IMG/VR virus record: IMGVR_UViG_3300017705_000602
Reading direction: 5' to 3' (one strand)
DNA: 64,000 nucleotides
Origin: a virus
Taxonomy: Duplodnaviria > Heunggongvirae > Uroviricota > Caudoviricetes
Of the stretch, positions 58,883-64,000 are shown piece by piece. Each line of letters starts with the position of its first letter. Positions within the stretch are counted from its first letter, which is position 1. The translations under genes were made by a program, and so were the position numbers. A model generated the notes under the pieces. The model was not told where the DNA came from, did no database searches, and worked only from the letters and a program-made list of their open reading frames with translations.

Positions 58883-59620
58883 ATGTCGAAACTGTTAGCG
58901 AAGTATATAAAGAAGGATCTGAAAGAAAACTACAACGGAGACTTCGTTAAGTATGTGATGAATCTTTCTGCACAAGATTCCATTAATGACTTTCGGGATG
59001 CAGTGTATGCATGTTCTTCGTTAACAGCCAAGCATTTTAATGAAATATTTAACAATCAAAACCGATACAGAACTGACAAGAAAATAGCTGGCGTTTTATT
59101 GTGTCGCGCATTAACGCACGCGGGCATAAAACGCCATGTTGTTACTAAATTCAAGTACAAGTCAGTGCCAATTACTGCACTGTACGACAAAGACGCCGCA
59201 CAGATTGTTAACAGTCCTAGTCTTTACAAATATGTTTACTTGTCTGACAATGGCTGGGGCGCTTATCGTTTGCGAGAATTTTACACAGCCAGGAGCAGCC
59301 TCGAAGTATTAGTTCCTATGCTAGATTGTGTTTCTACTTCCAGGCACGGTGGTGTTGACGTAGTGGTCAATTTAATAAAAATGAAACCGCGTATAATTGA
59401 ATGTCTCAGGCGACGACACCTCGAAGAGCTCACCGACAGAAACATTTCGTATCTGTTTGCAAGTATAAACAAGCCAGCAGTTATTAAAACTGTGTTAAGC
59501 GATAACATTACACTGGATGCCGAAGCATCAAAATATGCCGGTGAAGTATTCGCAATGATGGAAATGGCCGGCGAGCACGTCAGAAAAGAAGCAGTACACA
59601 TGCTTCGTTTATTAAGGTAG
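58883..59620 (+). CDS. Hypothetical helical protein
   Basis: 245-aa ORF. Confidence 0.65.
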   Translation: MSKLLAKYIKKDLKENYNGDFVKYVMNLSAQDSINDFRDAVYACSSLTAKHFNEIFNNQNRYRTDKKIAGVLLCRALTHAGIKRHVVTKFKYKSVPITALYDKDAAQIVNSPSLYKYVYLSDNGWGAYRLREFYTARSSLEVLVPMLDCVSTSRHGGVDVVVNLIKMKPRIIECLRRRHLEELTDRNISYLFASINKPAVIKTVLSDNITLDAEASKYAGEVFAMMEMAGEHVRKEAVHMLRLLR

Positions 59621-59624
59621 CATT

Positions 59625-59861
59625 ATGTCAGCATCAAGATCTATTAAATATCAACACTTTGTAGCAACCAAGCAATTACAGGTCGCGGCAGAATGGGGCG
59701 AGAATATCGCTACTGGAAATTATTTTATTGACAACGGGGGCTGGAGAGATTACAACCCTCGCGAACAAGCCGGTATCGAATTTGAATTTGAGCACGATGC
59801 TTTAACTTTTGTAAACCGCGTAGGTGGTACATATGAAGTACGAATGTTACCCGTTGAATAA
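59625..59861 (+). CDS. Small hypothetical protein
   Basis: 78 aa, AAGG RBS; IEFEFEHDALTF. Confidence 0.6.
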   Translation: MSASRSIKYQHFVATKQLQVAAEWGENIATGNYFIDNGGWRDYNPREQAGIEFEFEHDALTFVNRVGGTYEVRMLPVE

Positions 59862-59887
59862 GAATTTGGCATTTGCCGAATGCAAGC

Positions 59888-59933
59888 CCCTGGATAGACC
59901 AGGGCATTAAACATTAAGAGGAAATCTTATGAA
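59888..59933 (+). promoter_or_regulatory. NAD-salvage leader element, copy B
   Basis: CCCTGG-ATAGA-CCAGGG hairpin, then AAACATTAAGAGGAAATCTTATGAA. Confidence 0.7.
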
Positions 59934-61476
59934 CACTGAACTTTTTAAAAATGGCATCTTAGCGGCAATACGCGAAGAATACGGATCACTATCAGACACT
60001 GACTCATACAAATATACTCACCCTGCTCAGTTTCCGAAAGGTACTAAGAAAATGGTAAGTTATATTGAGTCACGCGGCGGAAAGTACAGCGAGACTGTTT
60101 GGGTGGGCGTTCAAGCGATTGTTGTTGATCAACTGCTTAAACCAGTTGAACGCAAGCACATTAAAAACTTGCTGGCGTTCGTGGAAGCACACTTGATGGG
60201 CAACACTGACCCGGGTCTCGAACTTGCGTTCGAAACTGTGGTAGACGAGTACAATGGTAAATTGCCAATACGTATTCGAGCTGCCAAAGAAGGGCTGGTA
60301 ATACCTGTTAAGAATGTGTTAGCAGTAGTCGAAACCACAGTTGAAGACGAACGGATCTTTCCGTTAACAAGCTACGTCGAAGCATTGCTTTTGCGTGTTT
60401 GGTCACCAACTACGGTTGCCACTGAAAGTTACAAGATCAAGCAATTGATCATGGAGTACTTAAAGTTTACAGCAGACGATCCTTCTGCAGAGATTGATCT
60501 AAAACTGCATGACTTTGGTTCTCGCGGTGCGTCAAGTTCATTGACTGCCGCATTAGCTGGGTTTGGTCACTTGGTGTCATTTATGGGCAGTGACAACACT
60601 ATTGCAAACTTCTTGGCTAAAATGGTTTATCAATCAGATACTGCGGTGGATGACTTTACTAACGTACCTTCTGTGTCGATTCCGGCCACTGAGCACAGCA
60701 CAACAACGTCACATGGTTTAGATAACGAAATCCAGATTGTGGAACAGATGTTTGATGCTTATGCTAAGCCAGGTGCATACTTTGCAACTGTTATTGACTC
60801 GCGTGATTTTCTTAGATTTATCCGCGAAATTGCCCCTAAATTTAAGCAACGTTTGATCGATTCGGGAGCCACGTGGGTCTTTAGACCCGACTCAGGTGAC
60901 GCAGTAAAAGTCCCTGTAAAAGTGGTTGAAGAACTGGACAAAGTGTTTGGTCACACAGTTAACTCAAAAGGTTACAAGGTACTAAACAATGTTCGAGTTA
61001 TTCAAGGCGATGGTATTGCTCACCAAGAAGTGAAAGAAATACTTGCAACCTTGACTTCGCCTGTGTTAAAATGGTCTGCAAGCAACATAGCTTTTGGGAT
61101 GGGCGGCGGCCTACTTCAAAAGAACGATCGTGATACTCAAAAGTTTGCGATGAAATGTTGCGCTATTTTAAACAACGGCACATGGATCGACGTTTACAAA
61201 AGTCCTGCAATTTATGATCCTGAAACTTGGGAAGTTGATCCTTCAAAAGCAAGTTTTAAGAAATCGAAAATGGGCAGACTCGAGTTGCTTTATAACACGC
61301 AAACACACAGTTACCAAACTGTAACTGCCGAAGACCTTGATAGTTTTGACGGTCAATTTGGTTGGGAACATGCACTCGAAACAGTTTACGAAGATGGTGA
61401 GCTTATAAGAGTCATGACACTCGACGATTTAAGGAAAAACTGTGCATTGGAAAAAGCAGTCACCAGCAGTAAGTAG
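59929..61476 (+). CDS. nadV: Nicotinamide phosphoribosyltransferase
   Basis: DTDSYKYTH, LHDFGSRG, PATEHS, RPDSGD, QGDG, FGMGGGLLQK. Confidence 0.95.
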   Translation: MNTELFKNGILAAIREEYGSLSDTDSYKYTHPAQFPKGTKKMVSYIESRGGKYSETVWVGVQAIVVDQLLKPVERKHIKNLLAFVEAHLMGNTDPGLELAFETVVDEYNGKLPIRIRAAKEGLVIPVKNVLAVVETTVEDERIFPLTSYVEALLLRVWSPTTVATESYKIKQLIMEYLKFTADDPSAEIDLKLHDFGSRGASSSLTAALAGFGHLVSFMGSDNTIANFLAKMVYQSDTAVDDFTNVPSVSIPATEHSTTTSHGLDNEIQIVEQMFDAYAKPGAYFATVIDSRDFLRFIREIAPKFKQRLIDSGATWVFRPDSGDAVKVPVKVVEELDKVFGHTVNSKGYKVLNNVRVIQGDGIAHQEVKEILATLTSPVLKWSASNIAFGMGGGLLQKNDRDTQKFAMKCCAILNNGTWIDVYKSPAIYDPETWEVDPSKASFKKSKMGRLELLYNTQTHSYQTVTAEDLDSFDGQFGWEHALETVYEDGELIRVMTLDDLRKNCALEKAVTSSK

Positions 61477-61477
61477 C

Positions 61478-61532
61478 AGTAGAATAAATTTCTACTATCA
61501 GCCTAGCATGGACGAGATTGCGTCCATGCTAG
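61478..61532. repeat. Two tandem hairpins after nadV
   Basis: AGTAGAA-taaat-TTCTACT (61478-61496) and CTAGCATGGACG-agattg-CGTCCATGCTAG (61503-61532, 12-bp perfect). Confidence 0.85.
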
Positions 61533-62143
61533 CATCTTCGCCCGAATCATTTGATTTCGAGTACGTTAAACAAATTAACAGTGAACAACAATACAGGTTA
61601 CTTGAACATTTTGAAACTGTGTATGATTGTTATAGTAAAGCGCGTAACAATATTGATCATCTGTTAGGAACAATTGAATTTTCAACTCGCGCAAAATGTC
61701 AATTTATAATAGGCGGCGAACGATACGAAAAGTTTAAAACTGTAACAGTAAATCGAATCTCAGATACACACGATCTGCTTAAATTGCAGTTAGACTACAG
61801 CGAATACAAAAACTCAATTGATAATATTATCAGACAAGTATTATTGTCAAACGGTCAGGGCACAAAGATACAAGCCGCTGTAAAAAAATCTTCTACAATT
61901 AAACAACTGTTTCAAGCCAACGCTGACCTTGCAATTGAAATGTTTGAAAATAGCCCGCATATGGATTATGATCCGGTGGTACTCGCAAGGAACATAAGTA
62001 AAACCGGAGTAGCATTATCTACACACAGTTACAACACGTTGTCGTCTTATATAACAATGTCTGTGCTTACAGATGACTTAGCAGTACGCACAAAAACTGC
62101 CAACTTGCACATGAGCAAGATAAAAAGGAATGCAACACAATGA
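61508..62143 (+). CDS. Hypothetical protein (start uncertain: 61442, 61508 or 61526)
   Basis: Long ORF; ATGA junction with the next gene. Confidence 0.6.
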   Translation: MDEIASMLASSPESFDFEYVKQINSEQQYRLLEHFETVYDCYSKARNNIDHLLGTIEFSTRAKCQFIIGGERYEKFKTVTVNRISDTHDLLKLQLDYSEYKNSIDNIIRQVLLSNGQGTKIQAAVKKSSTIKQLFQANADLAIEMFENSPHMDYDPVVLARNISKTGVALSTHSYNTLSSYITMSVLTDDLAVRTKTANLHMSKIKRNATQ

Positions 62144-62913
62144 ACGGAAAGAACAAAACGTTTTTTAAAATGCTTAACAAAGCTTTTGCTCAAAGTCAAA
62201 CAAACTTCGTCCAGTACTTTAGCACACTATCGATTACAGAACAGACACAGTTTATAAGACATTTTCCTGAGTTTTTTGCTTCAAAGGCAGTGTTTAGCTC
62301 AATGATTGAAGCTGGCATGAGTTCGACAATTATGCAAGTTGTAAATGCTAACCCGGAATTGTATGTTGGGCTGATACAGAAGCACAATCTCAAGGTTGAA
62401 ATACCAACCGAGGAATCGGCAGGATGGGGAGATACTGCCAGGGTACGAATTGTTTCGGATTTTCATCATGCTCATCCCGAGCTCGTAAGTTTTAAAAATG
62501 GTGCCGATGTCAAGGGTTGGTTAGAAGATGCAGGAAAGAATGCATCGTGGCCAGCACTAAAATATGTTCTCAAAGAAGTAGTACCGAATCATGCTAAGAA
62601 TCCCACTACCGCTTTTGGATCTCTTGTGAGAAGATCAATAAAGCATGAGTATATTCCGGTACTTGTAGCAGATGATTTCGACTTGCTTTGCTCAGATGGC
62701 GACACATTGCTCAATGAACTGTTTGACTCCAAAAGCTTCAAAATGTGTATTGCAAACAGTCACTATCCGAATAATGATTTTATCGAGACGCTTGAGCTAA
62801 ACTGTACAATGTCAGCCATGGAAAAAACGCGCACTTCAAGACACAGCAAGCGTGTAGCAAGAAATTTAAAGCGAGCAAAGTTGTTGCTCGAAATAAAAGA
62901 ATTACAAAAGTAG
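62140..62913 (+). CDS. Hypothetical protein
   Basis: 257 aa, AAGGA RBS. Confidence 0.65.
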   Translation: MNGKNKTFFKMLNKAFAQSQTNFVQYFSTLSITEQTQFIRHFPEFFASKAVFSSMIEAGMSSTIMQVVNANPELYVGLIQKHNLKVEIPTEESAGWGDTARVRIVSDFHHAHPELVSFKNGADVKGWLEDAGKNASWPALKYVLKEVVPNHAKNPTTAFGSLVRRSIKHEYIPVLVADDFDLLCSDGDTLLNELFDSKSFKMCIANSHYPNNDFIETLELNCTMSAMEKTRTSRHSKRVARNLKRAKLLLEIKELQK

Positions 62914-62935
62914 AACTTATATTAAGGAGGTTACT

Positions 62936-63112
62936 ATGATGTTATGCGACTGTGCCGAATGTTCCGGCAACCAAGATTCTTTCGAACCTTGTATCAACGC
63001 ACAAATGGAAGCCGAAATAGAATTAAAAAAGCATGAAATGAATCAGTACAATTTTTGGATATGGTTTGCGGTAATTGTGTTTGTTATGTTTCTAGCAGGA
63101 GCAATTGCTTAA
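62936..63112 (+). CDS. Small Cys-rich membrane-anchored protein missing from the track (58 aa)
   Basis: AAGGAGG RBS; MMLCDCAEC...FWIWFAVIVFVMFLAGAIA; TAATG junction. Confidence 0.7.
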   Translation: MMLCDCAECSGNQDSFEPCINAQMEAEIELKKHEMNQYNFWIWFAVIVFVMFLAGAIA

Positions 63113-63339
63113 TGTCAAAAACATGTGACGAATTTATGAAAGGCTACACCGACGCAGGCGCAACTAGTAAAGAAAAACTAGAGTATGCACAATGCGTTAA
63201 TGAAAACGTATATATTGTTGGACAGAATAATGTGTATGACAACGAACCGTTAATGTTCGGTATTATCTTTATTGTTATACTAGTTGTTGCATTTGCACTG
63301 GGAACTTATATCAAGTACAACCGTAAAGAGGAGAAATAA
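63112..63339 (+). CDS. Small membrane protein
   Basis: Start moved to ATG 63112; C-terminal TM segment. Confidence 0.65.
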   Translation: MSKTCDEFMKGYTDAGATSKEKLEYAQCVNENVYIVGQNNVYDNEPLMFGIIFIVILVVAFALGTYIKYNRKEEK

Positions 63340-63340
63340 A

Positions 63341-63601
63341 ATGAATAACAAACCTCAAACAAAAAAGCAATACAGTGACCCTTTGCATCGATTTCAACTT
63401 AGCATCCGAGACCGCACTCACTTTACATCTATAATTTCTATACTCGATCGAAACTGCGGCAAAGGAATCAAGAACTGGACCATGACCAAGAAAGTGGGTA
63501 AATTTTTACGCATGGGCAAAGTGCCAGTTAATACCGAGTTATTAATATTTAATCGAGAAACCAATTGCAAAGAGCTTGAAACTTTAATCAAGCTACTATA
63601 G
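63341..63601 (+). CDS. Hypothetical protein
   Basis: ATG 63341 with GAGGAG RBS. Confidence 0.65.
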   Translation: MNNKPQTKKQYSDPLHRFQLSIRDRTHFTSIISILDRNCGKGIKNWTMTKKVGKFLRMGKVPVNTELLIFNRETNCKELETLIKLL

Positions 63602-63608
63602 GTGTAAC

Positions 63609-64000
63609 ATGAAAATTGTTAATTTGCATAGGAAGCAAGCAATAGAAATTTTTACCGATATGAGGTTTGTAACATTCAAGCCACGCATCGATAAAGACAC
63701 ACCCGAAACTTTCAGACCGGCAGCCTTTGGATACAACTATAATGCTATGATGCAAAGTCAGCATCGATTTTCTAAGGAACTAAAACAATTCCTTAGAGAA
63801 ATGAACATCAGTTATGCCTGGTCAAACAGTCCCGGAGTCGATTATTCTAGCATGATAACAGTTGTAATTGTCAACTCGTCGGACTATGCCTATATAAAAT
63901 TAATGAGCGATGAGTACGAAATTACAACATCGTATATGTTACCAGTAAAAACTCCGTCGTATATGTTTATGCTATCCGACACAGACTATGAGAAATACAA
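63609..64000 (+). CDS. Hypothetical protein running off the window end (partial)
   Basis: MKIVNLHRKQ... open to position 64000. Confidence 0.6.
   Translation, partial: MKIVNLHRKQAIEIFTDMRFVTFKPRIDKDTPETFRPAAFGYNYNAMMQSQHRFSKELKQFLREMNISYAWSNSPGVDYSSMITVVIVNSSDYAYIKLMSDEYEITTSYMLPVKTPSYMFMLSDTDYEKY

Overview
This 64 kb window is almost entirely coding, and all but two genes are on the + strand. It looks like part of a jumbo myophage genome with a T4-type replication and recombination module: the C-terminus of a gp32-like SSB, UvsX, UvsY, UvsW, a gp62-like clamp-loader subunit, a gp61-like primase, a gp41-like helicase and an ATP-dependent ligase. The gene content resembles RaK2/GAP32/XacN1-type jumbo phages (from recall; no database search was run). 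It also carries a block of acidic, probably virion or head proteins (about 12.5-29 kb); nucleotide and cofactor genes (nrdA, nrdB, thyA, folE, queD, nadM-Nudix, nadV); and a host-like proteostasis and stress set (clpX, clpP, clpS, hsp20, groEL, Fe/Mn-SOD, ribosomal protein bS21). Two promoter classes are readable: sigma70-type TTGACN-17-TATAAT and a T4-late-like (G/A)ATAAATA. No tRNA, rRNA, CRISPR array, intron, intein or transposase was seen. The most interesting observations are: (1) an apparently undescribed leader shared by the two NAD-salvage genes, a covarying GG-AUAGA-CC hairpin followed by a near-identical 25-nt start-site segment; (2) a ROSE-like RNA thermometer in front of hsp20; (3) a putative capsid-targeting or maturation code (N-terminal M-K/R-x-x-D/E-hydrophobic tags and an RxR(E/Q)LAGL motif) that also tags the SOD; (4) a ligase-fold plus Pol-beta nucleotidyltransferase pair inside the virion block; (5) a minimal DnaE-like protein; (6) a ClpX with altered substrate-recognition loops. 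All motif searches were done by eye and are not exhaustive.
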